Origin: Stylophora pistillata
Taxonomy: Eukaryota
NCBI RefSeq assembly: GCF_002571385.2
Contig: NW_019217945.1
Location: 481,090 to 544,943 of the forward strand
Direction: 5' to 3'
DNA: 63,854 nucleotides
Below are positions 28,274 to 41,528 of the stretch, one piece after another. The notes under the pieces were generated by a model, which did not search any database, was not told the DNA's origin, and saw nothing but the letters and a program-made list of their open reading frames with translations. The translations under genes were made by a program, and so were the position numbers. Position 1 is the stretch's first letter, and every line of letters starts with the position of its first letter.

Positions 28274-30636
28274 CTGTACCATAGTTAAGGTACTATCAGT
28301 GTCAACTTCTAGACGACAGAACTTGCGAATCGACGCTTTTTTAAAGCTAATTTTGCAATTGAAAAACCGATCTTAGTTTTACACCTACAAAAAGATTCAG
28401 CACACAAACATTGTCTAGGCCACAGAAATATCGATCATTCGATGCGAAAAACGATCCATCCTCATAAAAGTCGTCCTGTCTACTCAAAAGAAAAAGGAAG
28501 ATCCTTAACTCAGGTGTCCAGATATTTAGCTCGAGTGGACTATTAAACAAGGGGTATTAAAAATAAAAACCAGAGTAGCCCAGGCCACACGGTTCGTTAA
28601 ATTCACACTGCGAAAGTCGTGTAGTCCTCATAATAGTGGTTCAATTTAGATCCTTTTTCCAATCCCCAAAATCGTTTATTCTAACAAACGTCGTTAAATT
28701 CAAATGAAAGTCTTCCTTTAGAAAACACCAAAGTCGCCCAGTCTACAAAAATTGTTAAGTCTGCAAAAGTCTTTCGGTCTAAAAAAGTTCGGTCAGTCAA
28801 CAAGAGGCTTCCAGTCCAGCAGAAGTCTTTTTGTTCACGAAACTCATTCAGTCCACACTCGGAAGTTGTTTCGGTCCACCAAGAATTGCTCCCTTCCAAT
28901 TAACACTAGATTCGTTCGCCCATCCCAGAATTCGCTTAGTTCCGAGGAAAGTCATACAGACGTCTCCCAATCAGCCAATCATTCTCGTCATCACAAGTTG
29001 CCTACGTCATCATTTGATTTCATTTTTCTTTTTTTTTTTTAAATCGTTTCAATGTGCGCTACAATATGGAGTCCAGACATGTTCCCAAATCATACGTCTC
29101 GAGTGACTCAGTGGTAGGGCCATTTAGTAACTACACAGCAATTTATGCTATTTATGCAATGTATTACATCTAAAGATATTTCATTGCATTTTATGTAATC
29201 TACTATGTTTACCTGGAGGGATTCAAATCTTCTAGCCGATCAGAACCAGCTGTTATCTTCTCTGTTGCCTGGTTTGGACACTAAAACGTCGGAAAACATT
29301 TGAATTTTTAACGTAAACGCCTTTTCCAAACTGGAGACGTTTGAAAACAGATTGCTCCATTGGCAGTGTTGGTTCAGATAATGAAGATAGTCTGAGGCTA
29401 TTAAAAACAGTCTCAAAACAACCATTAGACATGTTGCTCTCTAGATTAAAAGGAAAAGATGGGAAATGTTCGGCCTCGTAAGGTTGAAGTCGTGAAGCCT
29501 TCAGGGGTATTGGGCGCGATTTAAACGGTAGATAGTTGGATAATGGACGATAGGTAAAAAAGAAACATAAAAAAACCTTCTTCTAAAAACACAGGATTAT
29601 CATGCACAACGTATGGGTAAAAACGATAAAAGAAACAGAAAGCGTACGCGATGGTTATAATTTTTTGCTTTGCTTTCGCTGAGACGATGAAAAATAGTTT
29701 TGAAAATGCATAGAGAAGATGGGACCTCATTGAACGTGATATAATTCCTTCAATGAGGAAGTTATCTGACCGCAACACAGACATAGCTTTTATTACGCGA
29801 CTTTTTCCTTTCACGTCCATGACTGAGAGAACGATGTTCGTATATGTTGAAAGACATCGATAATCACGCGATATAGCCTGAGACTAAAATAGCAAATTTT
29901 GACAAATTTTGCTGACGCGTTCTCTTCGTCGTCGAATATCTTGACAGATAGATTAGCCATCCGGCATGACTGGGCTCTAATGAATAACACATTTATGGAA
30001 TAGTACGGGTTCTGTAGTGTTGCACATTAACGATACTTGCCAGCTAGCCGGGATATCTATATGGTTTATGAACTGAAATCAATGCGGGAATTCTGACTTA
30101 GAACAGACGACAAACCACCAAAACAACCAAAGAGCCAGAGACATCCTGTAGCAAGGAAAAGACCCCCAACAACGGAACATGAATTATTTTGTTGTGGAAA
30201 TATTTCGATCGAAGACAAAGTGGGAATTCATTTCGCTAAGGCAGGAAACATTACGAAAGTTTTTTTTTAGCAAAATCCAAAACAACGAACGCTTCTATAA
30301 AACTTATCGTCAAAATACATCTCGCTTCATGTAGCGGCTAGTTTTTAGACGAGCGAAAGACATTTAGAATTTGACCGTCGAAATTACAAACGTTGACATT
30401 TCAACGGTCTAGGATAATGCCCTTGTTAATGCCAACATCTGTTGATTTTAATTTTCAGCCTGCTATTTCTTCGATGACAAGGAGACATTTGTAGTTTTTG
30501 TCTTGTGCTGTTTGGATCACGTGCACTCTTGTTTTGGCGATCTTTGCTCCCTATCTGAAAAATAACATATAGGGATCTCGTGATCACTAGCACGACAAGA
30601 TAAAATCGGGATGATATCTTTTATTGTTAAAAACTA

Positions 30637-30691
<55 letters not shown>

Positions 30692-30983
30692 CAGCCAAGA
30701 TACCATATCTACAAATATGGCTATCTATCATCTCATATCCAACGCGCGCTCGTGGAATAAATGTTAATTATTACTATTTTCTTTTTACCGTCTGCTGCAT
30801 GGTACTATTAAATAAGTTTTTCTTTCGTATTAATTTCTCATGCTTACCTTGTGCTAAAAAGTTGAGGTAAATGGGTGGAACACTCCTCGTTCACAACTAG
30901 TGATTATTTTTTGGAGGAGGAGGGGAGAAGGTGATGTCGGAAGATTCTGGTTGTGTCGCGATCAAATTTGGTGGTCAATTTTT

Positions 30984-31359
30984 NNNNNNNNNNNNNNNNN
31001 NNNNNNNNNNNNNNNNNNNNNNNNNNNNNNNNNNNNNNNNNNNNNNNNNNNNNNNNNNNNNNNNNNNNNNNNNNNNNNNNNNNNNNNNNNNNNNNNNNNN
31101 NNNNNNNNNNNNNNNNNNNNNNNNNNNNNNNNNNNNNNNNNNNNNNNNNNNNNNNNNNNNNNNNNNNNNNNNNNNNNNNNNNNNNNNNNNNNNNNNNNNN
31201 NNNNNNNNNNNNNNNNNNNNNNNNNNNNNNNNNNNNNNNNNNNNNNNNNNNNNNNNNNNNNNNNNNNNNNNNNNNNNNNNNNNNNNNNNNNNNNNNNNNN
31301 NNNNNNNNNNNNNNNNNNNNNNNNNNNNNNNNNNNNNNNNNNNNNNNNNNNNNNNNNNN
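30984..31359. other. Assembly gap (N run)
   Basis: Run of N. Other gaps: 56679-56721, 58952-59144, 62648-62662, and a single N at 54762. Confidence 1.
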
Positions 31360-33240
31360 TAAAGAAGAGCAGCGACATTGGCTGGAACCATAACATCTCT
31401 CATGGACAGACTTCTCTGAAAATGATTTATGCCGATCTGTGTTCTTATAAAACGGAAATCCTTCTTGCTCAAGCAACGTTACCAAGTAACTTTCTCTCGT
31501 CCTTCTTTTTTATTTTCAGTCCAAAGGCGAAAGCATGTTAGCAGTCCGCCGAGCTTGCACGAAATCGCAGTTTCATTTCAGTTCTTTCTTCCTGTTTCCT
31601 TTTATATAAAAAGACAGGATGTCTTATTTTAAACATGTCAAACTGATTGATCAATCATCCGTAACAGTATGAAAGAAATTTTTCAGCACTGTAGTCGAAG
31701 AACACTGACACGCCCGGAAATACAAATATAAGGAGTAAGCGCTAACAAATGTTTTAGGCTTTTCGTAAGTCCTTGGTTTGATTTTTATCTTGCCATTACC
31801 AGGTTTCGTAGTTCTATTTTCATCAATACAGATATTTCTGACCCCACAATTTCATTGTTTAGAGTGTTTCAAAAACCGAACGTGCCTAGCAGAAACAAGG
31901 AAACACACTTACATCAACACTAGATGACGAAATTCCTGCACTGGTCACATCAGTCATTTGGAGTCGTTTGTGGTTTTAAGAAGATTCTACAAATTTGGAA
32001 ATTTTCCTCCATCTCTTTTCAAAAGTATTTTGAGACCCAAGTGTCTGGTAGGCCGTACTAAATGAAAAGGCGTCGTCAAATCTTTTTTGCTACTCTAATC
32101 TGAGAGAAGATCCCGCTCGGATTTATTTTTGCCGGTGAGTAAAGCTATGCCACTAATTCATATCTTGTCGTAATTGTAAACTTCAAAATCATATAATTGG
32201 CCGAGTTTCCGAAAGTGGGTTAACGTTTTCATATAAATTTTTACCTTAATGTAAGGAAAACTGAAATACAGTATGAAAAATTAACGGTATTTCCGAAAAA
32301 CTTATTCAAAACTTTTAACAGTCCTGAATTAATCAAAGAGCATTTTGAAATACTCAAGCATTATGGAATGCATTCGACGCACAGTTCCAAAATGGCTCCA
32401 TAAAAAACAACGTATTTTGTATGGTAAAAAAACAAACAAACAAGCAAAACGAAACCAAGAAAACGGCATGGAGGGTTTTTTGGGATTAGATGATGTGTAT
32501 TAATGTATTAGTCACTAGGCGAACCCTCCATGTGAAAGGACTTTGTATCATTGTATCATCAAGTGTCACAGCCAGAGGGATGTGAGAACCTAGATAGTAT
32601 ATTTCAAGGGATTGATCAGTTCTATCAACTGGCCAAAGAACTATTTTAATCAAACGATGACAAAACTCCTCAGAGAAATGACATACGTTAATTATAACTG
32701 ACCTAATAGCACCATAGCGCATGAAACATTCCGTAAGAGTTTCAATATTTAATTAATACGTAGAAATAGATAAAAATCAATCTTAAATAGTTTTTTTGCA
32801 GTCATTCCACAAATATTTCCAAAAAGATAGAAAGCTAATTAAGTTTCCCGTAAGTAGTTCTCAGTCTTTTCCCCGTCTTGAGCTAGAAAAAAAGTATGAG
32901 AGAAGACTGGGCATTAATTGTCTTAACGCAGTCTATGAATGATGGCTGCCGATCAACGTGTTTGTTTCGCGTGATCGCAATGGAATAATCATTCATCGGA
33001 AGTTGCCGATGTGTCAAGCTGATTAGCTGCAACTTTAAAGATAGTGACGTGACCTTTTGAAAAGAGTCATGGCTAATTTGGGATGTTGGGTTTGTTATCG
33101 ATTCTGGTTTCGTGATTTCTTTCAAGACACCTCACACCACAAGATTGCACACGTGCAAATAACTTCCCTTTTAGGTCAAAGTTTACGACAACACTTTTAT
33201 TTCTCGCACGCTAGGTTGTGTAAGACAGATAGGAGGAAAC

Positions 33241-36188
33241 ATGAATGGACGATTGTCTTCGTGCGCAATGAGCGGATACAACTTTTCCACGCCAAATACA
33301 GACTTACTACTGAACGATTGGTTCCCAGTTTATGGTAAGGAGTTATAATGACCTGTATTGGGTGGTCTTCTTACCTTGCATGTCTATATGTCGCTTGTAA
33401 CCATGTAATATCTTTGATATTTCTCAACATAGATAATCTTTCCTCAGTAATGCTTGAAGCGCAGTAAGTGGGTTTAAGGATAAGCCAATTTTTGTTTAGT
33501 TCCAGTGCTAAAAATATAAAGACTCTCTGTCCATTTATGTTGCTGTAAACTGGCTTGACACTAAAAACAGACGTGGGAATATGACCAAAATAAGAACAGT
33601 TTCTTAAGTTTCACAATTGTCTGTTGTATGACACGTAACATCGTGCCCCAAGTTTATTACAATTCTGTACGAGTGTACAAAGCCAGTTTAAAGACCTCAA
33701 AGAGCTTTGGGCTTTTAGGCTTATCGACTTCCTCTACTTCCCACTGAGGGTTCAAATATTAAAACCTGATTTTAACTTTGCCAAATCCTGTCAAATTCTT
33801 GTTTCTCGCTCTGGGCAGGTGCAGTTAAGGCCTGTACGGTATTTATCTCCGAGCAAATAACATTCGTGCCTAGACATTGTAGGACATAATCAGCCGCCGA
33901 TGAGTAGACATTACAATCCTCGGCAGTTATAAAAAAAATTTCTAATCTTCGCCTGGTCGGTAGATACGGCTTTAACCCAAAAGCATGTCACGGAATACCG
34001 TTATTTAAAGACTGGCTTAACTCTTGTCGGCTTAGAATTATCCTGCCAGCTAAGCCACAAATAGCGGTATAATCCCTTCATCAACATTAAGGGCAACGGT
34101 TCTGATGGTTTCCAAATCTTGGTCGCGTCCTATAAATACTGTGCTCCGCTCAAAGCTCTCTGTCTCGTGAAGAGGAAGGCATCATCGTCAGATACTGACT
34201 ACACTTTTGCACCACTATGGAATTTGCTTGGCCTCCGTTTTCCGTTCCAGCCTGTTTGGGCTGTCCTCAATGTTTAATGTCAAGACTCATGGAAGGTATA
34301 AAAAGCTTGAGATCGTATATATATATATATATATACGTTAAGTCTATTTCTTTCTTTTTCTTCCTTTTCACAAATTTCCTCGACTTTGGTGATAGTCACT
34401 ATTAAACGGTCGTAATTACTGCTCCAGCGGAGAGGAAGAAATTTTCCTTTTTTGAAACAAGAGGGCCTAGTTTACACCACAGTTAAATTTCTGTGCGTAT
34501 TTTAGTTCAAGGATGTTCGGAATTTCATCTCCATCTTGGACGAACGCGGTTGATAGTGTACTTGGGTTGAATTCATATGGAAAAATGGTTAAAATTGTTG
34601 GGGAAAAAATATCCAATTTCCGCAGTGTTTAAACGAAGCCTTGTCCTCAATTCCAGAGCTATAACAGTAATTTTCAGTCGTAACAAGGAGCTACATTACA
34701 CCCAAGATAAAAAGAAAGGAACTTAATCAGGGGTTTTGTAAAACGAAGCAAAGCCTAAAACATTTACTTTTTTTGTTTTATTGATATATGTTTGTTTATT
34801 AACAGGACCACCACGAAAGCAGCGTAGAGAACGAACAACTTTCACAAAGTCTCAATTAGAAGTACTGGATGAGCTGTTCGCTAAAACAAAATATCCAGAC
34901 ATCTTCATGAGGGAAGAGGTGGCCTTGAAAATAAATCTTCCTGAAAGCAGGGTGCAGGTAAATAATAGTCATATTCATCATATGAGGTCAGAAAGTAATT
35001 AAACAGATCCTTTCCCCTTGAATGTCAGCGAAGGTGCCGTCAACTTTCATAGAACAGATTTAACCTTTAAAATTAGGTTACAGTCTGTTCGAAAGGGTTG
35101 GAAGTGTCGAAAAGAGTTAAAACAAATATTTTAACCACTTTTTTTAATACATATATCTGTTAAGATGTCTACATTGTTGAAGCTACAATCGTAGCTGCAT
35201 ATGTGTTTCGGCACATTTCGACTGCTCAGTCTCAAATGCGATGGACGGATCTATTACTTTTTATGGGCAATATTTTAGGTGACATTCTCACACTGGAGGT
35301 TTCATCTTCTGTTTCGGAAAAATGAACAGCCGGCTACAGATTATCAGAGGTCACTGGCTAAATGCTATTATCAACAAATCCTAATATGATATTAACAATG
35401 TTTACTTTAGAAAAATAGAAAATTGCACGAAGTGGAAAGGTGTGCAAATGCTCTCGCTTTTATTTGTTAGAATAGAAGTTTGAAAAATTCTATCACCTGC
35501 GGCGTCTAATTTCTACGAACAGATTATCTTTTTCCAGACGTAACAATCTCAATCAAAGGCAAACAATCGCCTGTCACTCCCCTCTCTTGCATCCATTGTT
35601 GTGTGTAAAGATGACGGATATGACCACAAATTACCGTAACTTGTTGTCGGAGGCGTAACTCTATCAACAAAACAAACCAGATCAGACAGAACGGTGTGGG
35701 TAAAAGCCTTCAATTAATTAGTGGCTAATTTTCCATAGCTTAACCCTTGGCTAGATAATTAATATAAGCTTGCTAAATAGAGGTGTAATCCTATCAGAAA
35801 ATGTCACCAGTGGCGACAGATGAGGTGGCCCTATTCGGAGTATGGCCACAATGTGCACGAAACTCGTATTCTAGAAAAAGTTCGGCATCTGAAATGTTGG
35901 GATCGCGCCTGATTGAATTGTTAAGATAGTTTAGCGATTATGTTTAGTAATTTATTGATATAATTGTCTTAGAATAGAATTAAAGCAAATATTTTGATAG
36001 CGTGAGTTAGTTTGTTTGTAAATCTTACCCTTTGAGGAGTAGATGTCGCACGAATGATAAATTCACGCGATTACTGGTTTAGATGTTCCCGAGGATGTTG
36101 CAATAACCCGTGTTTGATTGTCTTTGAGTCTCTCGTGTCATTTCTGTAATCTAATAAGCGTGGTTTTGGGCATACGTTTTTGTCATTG

Positions 36189-36246
<58 letters not shown>

Positions 36247-36826
36247 GTTTTGTTTTGTTTTTTTTTTTTAGCAGTTTTAGCACAACGCCAAAAAAGGGCG
36301 CTCACCTGGATAAAAAATATTAAGTTTTACGCTCTCCTATTTTCAGAAAACACTCAACTGTCGTTCTGCTTATTCATAGGTTTGGTTCAAAAATAAACGA
36401 GCAAAGTGTCGCCAGCAAAACAAGCAGTCTGCAGGATCCCACACCAAACCAAGTACACTGAAGAGAAAAATACCCTCACCACCCTTGCAAGATCCAGCAA
36501 AGAGAAACACACCTCCGTCGCCACCAGATCAAACAGCCAGAAAGTTGTCTCATAATACGGCGGTGGAATCATGGCCGAAACAAAGCATGAATGCAGTGGA
36601 GCAGAATATGCAAACTATGTTAAAAATTCAGAGGAGTGGACTATATCCGCCCTCAACTGCAGTCAATGGTCACAGGGCTGCTTCATCACAAACTGCGCTG
36701 CAGTCGCAGTTTTATCCGATCCACAAGCCAGATTTTCCGCCGTACGTAAAAAACATACAAATGGCTAACTGGATGGCCATTAATCATACTGTACAACCTG
36801 GTTATTTTGCACCTGCAATGATATGA
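33241..36826 (+). CDS. otx: Otx paralogue 3, isoform a (230 aa). Exons 33241-33334, 34806-34957, 36380-36826
   Basis: [32 protein letters not shown]|[50 protein letters not shown]|[13 protein letters not shown]...PAMI*. Exon 1a aligns with Otx-2 exon 1a and ends TATG|GTAAG. Confidence 0.92.
34034..34136 (+). promoter_or_regulatory. Internal promoter for Otx-3 exon 1b
   Basis: AGAATTATC 34034, TAATCCCTT 34070, TTAAGGGC 34087, TATAAA 34131; ATG at 34217. Confidence 0.55.
34217..34295 (+). CDS. otx: Otx-3 alternative first coding exon 1b, [26 protein letters not shown](G); isoform b is 225 aa
   Basis: ATG preceded by an in-frame TGA (34196). Phase-1 donor G|GTATAA in frame with exon 34806. Homologous to the other two 1b exons. 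Confidence 0.85.
36187..36269. repeat. (TTTTG)n microsatellite in the last intron of Otx-3
   Basis: Direct reading of the sequence. Confidence 0.9.
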
Positions 36827-39800
36827 TTTGTAGCCCTTTATTTCACATAGAACAAAGTAAAAAAAATATTTATTTACTTAATTATTGCATGGGAACGACC
36901 GAACCCCAGTACTTACAACTGTCGATTTAAATTCAGTCTAACATTTGGACGATAAATGTCATTTAGCCCTACCTGCAAAAAAAGCCTGTGTGCATGTTAT
37001 GTTGCTGAGTTGTTATCCCATTAATGGTCTCGTTGCTATTAAAGAATAGTTACTAATATCTGTATTCATTCATAATGTGTCATTACATGGTTCGTACCTT
37101 GAATTTAGGACTATGGACTGGATTAAAGATTATTTTGGGTGTAAAAATGCAATATGTTGAATTCTTCACGAGAGTAAAAAAATATTCATGAGAATAACGC
37201 GATGATAAAGGTTTAAAGTTCTCTTTTTAATGGAGTTGTGTGTTTCTAGGACTGATAACAGAACAGCAGTTTTAGAGCTGAAATGATTGAAAACCAAACA
37301 CTCCCTACTGATTTTCCTTGACCATTTGAAATTAAATACCCTACGTACCCAAACATGACAAGTGGTAAGAGAGAGATCGCATGCATAATTCTTTATTGTA
37401 TATTTGCACAGAATAATCACCACATACTCACAAACTGTATAATTGTACAATTAAAAAATGAGACAAGATATAGTGTATTTCCCGAGTTCTGATTAGTTGA
37501 AAAGGCACAGAATCTGAACCATAAGTACTGAAATAAAGATAAGTACTGATATAAAGAAAGCATTTACAGATATTTATGTGATGTTTTAGCAAAGCAATTA
37601 ATCAAATGGCACTTGTTTGTGAGGGAACTTTTTAGCTGTGAACTTCGTTGACTATCGAAATCCAAGTGTTTTCTTCCTTGTCTATTAAATTCATTATTTA
37701 TATGTTATTAATCATCATTACGATTAACATCATTTGACCGTTTTTACACAGATTGTTTCGGCCGTCCAAAACTGAACTAGTTTGCCATGCTCTGCGCGTG
37801 TGTTCATTCAAGTAAAGGTTCAAAGGGAGAGCACAAAATTTCCGTCTGGGAGGGGAGGGAAGAGGAAAGAAGCTTATTGTGATACGTGTGTTAAAGCCAT
37901 GTGCACCGGAAAAAGTAATGAGCGCGATGAAATGCACTCGCTGGGATGAGCCAAAATGCAATAGACCGGTGTCATTTGATATTCACCCTCCAACCGCAAA
38001 TATCATGATCCTAAATGTTTTGTTTTCAAAAAATTTGCCAAGTCATGTTGAGATGTGAGGAAATGTGTGATTAAGACTTCCTGAATGAACCAGAAATACA
38101 TTCGATGGAATTTCTTTTTTTGTTTAATGGTTTCATGACTAAAAGTTCAACTCATCAATGATAAGTGCTTGGAGATAGCCCGGGTCCTGAAACAACAAAC
38201 ATAATGAATCTTCACTGAGTAAATCCAGGTGATGTACCCAGTGATTTGTAAAAAGAGTGATGGTAACTTTAAACTTAGCAAAAACTCCTGTTTCAACGTC
38301 ACGTCCCTCTTTAACTTAGCATGATTTAAAGTAACCTGCAGTATCTTTCACTTCTCAGTTCCAACTGTCCTTTGTGAACCAGTACAATAACTCTTAATCC
38401 AATTTGTTTGCCATACACTAAGTTTGGGAAATCAAATTTGTGTATTTAATTTCTGCATGATAGCTCATTATTTTCATATTTTGTGTGCCTATATCGGATC
38501 GAATTCCGCTTTTGTCTTACTGCAAAATCTAAACGGTAATGGTTGTCGAAAGGAAACTTGTCTCACAAATCCTACGAGAAGTATCTGTTGAGTGGGAAAA
38601 TTATATATATACTAATTTTTGGCTTCATCGTTCGGCAGAACACTACGAATTTCAACCAAAAACAAAATAACAAACATGTACAATGTTAACAATATCTTTC
38701 AAACAATCAAAAAAGGTCACCATTCAAAACAATGGTCTGTGATATTTCGGTGTTCTTTCATTCAAAAATAACTTTTTTTTTTTTCGCGTTGCTGAATCTA
38801 TATCAATTGACAACTTGACAACAGGCACTGCGAAGTGGATTGTTCACTCATGGATTATAGACCAACTTTCAAATGCTTGATTAGAAAGCCAATGGATATT
38901 AAACAAGTTCTATGTCTGCCTTCAGTAATGATGAAATAGGGTCAATAAAACGAAAAAGAACGAGGATTTATTGTCAGACGAAAAGAAAAGAATTCCAAGA
39001 TAAATTCGAGAAACCTGTCCGGGTTTTGTTTGTTTTGACTTCTTTTAATCCATGTTTTGCGATACTATCGCTGCAAAAAAATGTCGAGGAAATGTTTTTA
39101 TTGAACAAAAAATGTTGTGCGTAAGTAAGGAAGTTCGAACCATGTGGAGCTGCTCCAAGCAATATTAAGTTTTCAGGGCTTTTTTAATTTTTTTTTTTTT
39201 TTTTTTTTTTTTTTTCTTTTTGCACACTCAAAGTTGGCAATCCTCCGCAGACAGAAAGAAAGAATTTGCTTCATTGGAGCCAGCTAGATACAGAATCTTA
39301 TCCGCAGAAAAGCTTCCCACCTGTTACTTTGAATTTGACGATTTTTGCAGTCTCTGAGTGTGACATTTTGGGAAAAATAATACTTCCTTATTTATATTGT
39401 TTAATGTTTGTTATCTCCGACAGTTTGCTTCAGAGCTCCTATTCATTTCAGTTATTTGTAAATTATATACGATGTCATCTGTCTTCTGTAGTGTAAAAAA
39501 AAAATGATTCAAACGTTCTTAAGGTCAATGGGAGCCAACTGCCTTCAGGGGTAAAGTACAAGTTTATCAATTGTCTCAAGAAATTCGCAAATTATGATTG
39601 GTCAATTTTTTATGAACCACGTCGAGTGTTCTTTACACGGAAGATGATTTCACCAAACATGTACAGGCGCACAAGAATCACGAGGTTTTGTAATAAGGAA
39701 TCTTGTTACTTGTTTATTGTTTTAAGTCCTTGACGATACCTTGAGACTTTCGCGTGCTTCTGCAACTTACGCTGTACGTGATCACGTTTGACCTTTTGAC

Positions 39801-41528
39801 ACCTTTGCGTGACTAAGACAGAATTTCTCCTTACAATATCAATACAATATCAAGCACACAAGTAATGAGAATAAAGAAAAATATCAATTAAGGGATTATT
39901 GGTTGATTCAAAGCTAATCGCTCCGAACTAACACTATAAGAATTGTATTGCAGGCAGTAATGAGAAATTATCAATGAGGTCTTGAAAGTGAAAGGGCTAA
40001 CGGTGTCTTTGTAAAGTTTCGTCGCTGTAAATCGAAAATTCTGCGGTTTCTATGTGTGTGGCGGATGATATAAATAACAATTAAAATAAAATAATATCCG
40101 ATGTCAAAACATTACTCAGGTGAAACAGACAGAGCTTTTAATGGCAGTGATATGCTGTGGCTTGTTTGCTCCTGGCAAAGAGTGTAAAGGTAGTGAGTTT
40201 GAGATCGTAATCGGTGAATTACCCAGCCATAAGCTAGAAATGATAACACAAAACATGCAAAAACACCGCGACCTCGTGGCATAATAAATGTAGCCACAGG
40301 GAAAAATGTATAAATAGAATTTTTTTTCATTTTAGACATCAGTTAGTCTCAGTCAATAATCACAGTACCTCCTCTCGCTTTGCAGACAAATCAAGATTAT
40401 TTGCATCCGATCTTAAATTTGTCCTTTTGATGACCCGTCGCTCTGGGCCGGGGGGTACTTAACAAAATTCTACGCAAAGGTAAGTTACCCGGTTCCCTTG
40501 AAAACCATAATGGTCAAAACCTCAACCATGCATGTTGCGGAAAGCCACCATAGCCCTCCCTTCCCCCCTCCCCCTCCCCCTCTCCCTGCCTTTCTCTCCC
40601 TCGTTCGAGCTTTGATCAGAATACCAACTCTATAACGATGGACTCCCTTAAATGTAACGATTTTTACTGGTGTTATTATTCTTGGTAGACAGCTAGACTC
40701 TCGAATGTAACTGTTTAACGTTCGAATTAAAATATTTAGTCTTGATCAGGGAAATGATCTCGGAATAGTATGGTACACCTATCATTTTATGTCTAACCCT
40801 TGGGCACCAGTGTATTTTTCCGGCTGAAGAAACTAAGATGTTTCCAACTTTATTCATCAGTATTTTCTGTTAATTATCGTGAATCTCGTGCAGCAGCTTT
40901 CTTCATAGATAGTCCATAGTTATCTAACTTATAACTACCCACAGCTAAAAATTCTAACAGATTTTGAGACCTAACTAAGTTTTGTTTTTCTTAAAAACAA
41001 TCGTCAGGACAAAGGGTCCACATGGGGTTATCAGTGCCTCAGGGGTTGAGACAATACAATAATAACACATGATATTTATGGGCTGATACTTGACAGAGGG
41101 GAATTTTCTTTATTCGGTCAGAAATATAGAAGCCATCACTGTCAGCAGCCACGTCTGTCTTTCTATTTCAGTTTGTCCTTCTGAATCTTCTAGCATTGCT
41201 AACACAGACAGAAATAATCGGTGCAAATCAGCTTGGATATTTGTATGATTAGCTGACTGGACAGAAAGGAAAGGTAGTAACAAAAGAAATAGTATTTCAA
41301 AGGAAAGATAATCAAGATATAAACAAATGAACCTTTTCTTTGCTCAATATCATTGGGCCAGAAGTTCCGATCAGCAACCGAATATTTTACGTCACAAGAC
41401 CCTTGAACTTAAGCTTCTGAGCTGAAGCCAACAGATCCTAAGCCAATTTTACTTATATGGTAATATTTTCTCCGGAACTGTTAGATTCTATCTGAGACAA
41501 AGAGGAAAACTGAACGAAAGTCACAGAA

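Noticed and set aside
30900-31541. Long ORFs across N runs (also 58861-59175)
   Set aside because: Artefacts of translating assembly gaps.
34217-34295. Exon 1b as an internal cassette between exon 1a and the homeobox exon
   Set aside because: In Otx-3 an in-frame TGA at 34196 has no AG between it and the ATG, so it cannot be an in-frame cassette. All three have their own ATG and TATA. Weak phase-compatible AGs at 24396 and 42592 mean cassette use is not fully excluded for Otx-2 and Otx-4.
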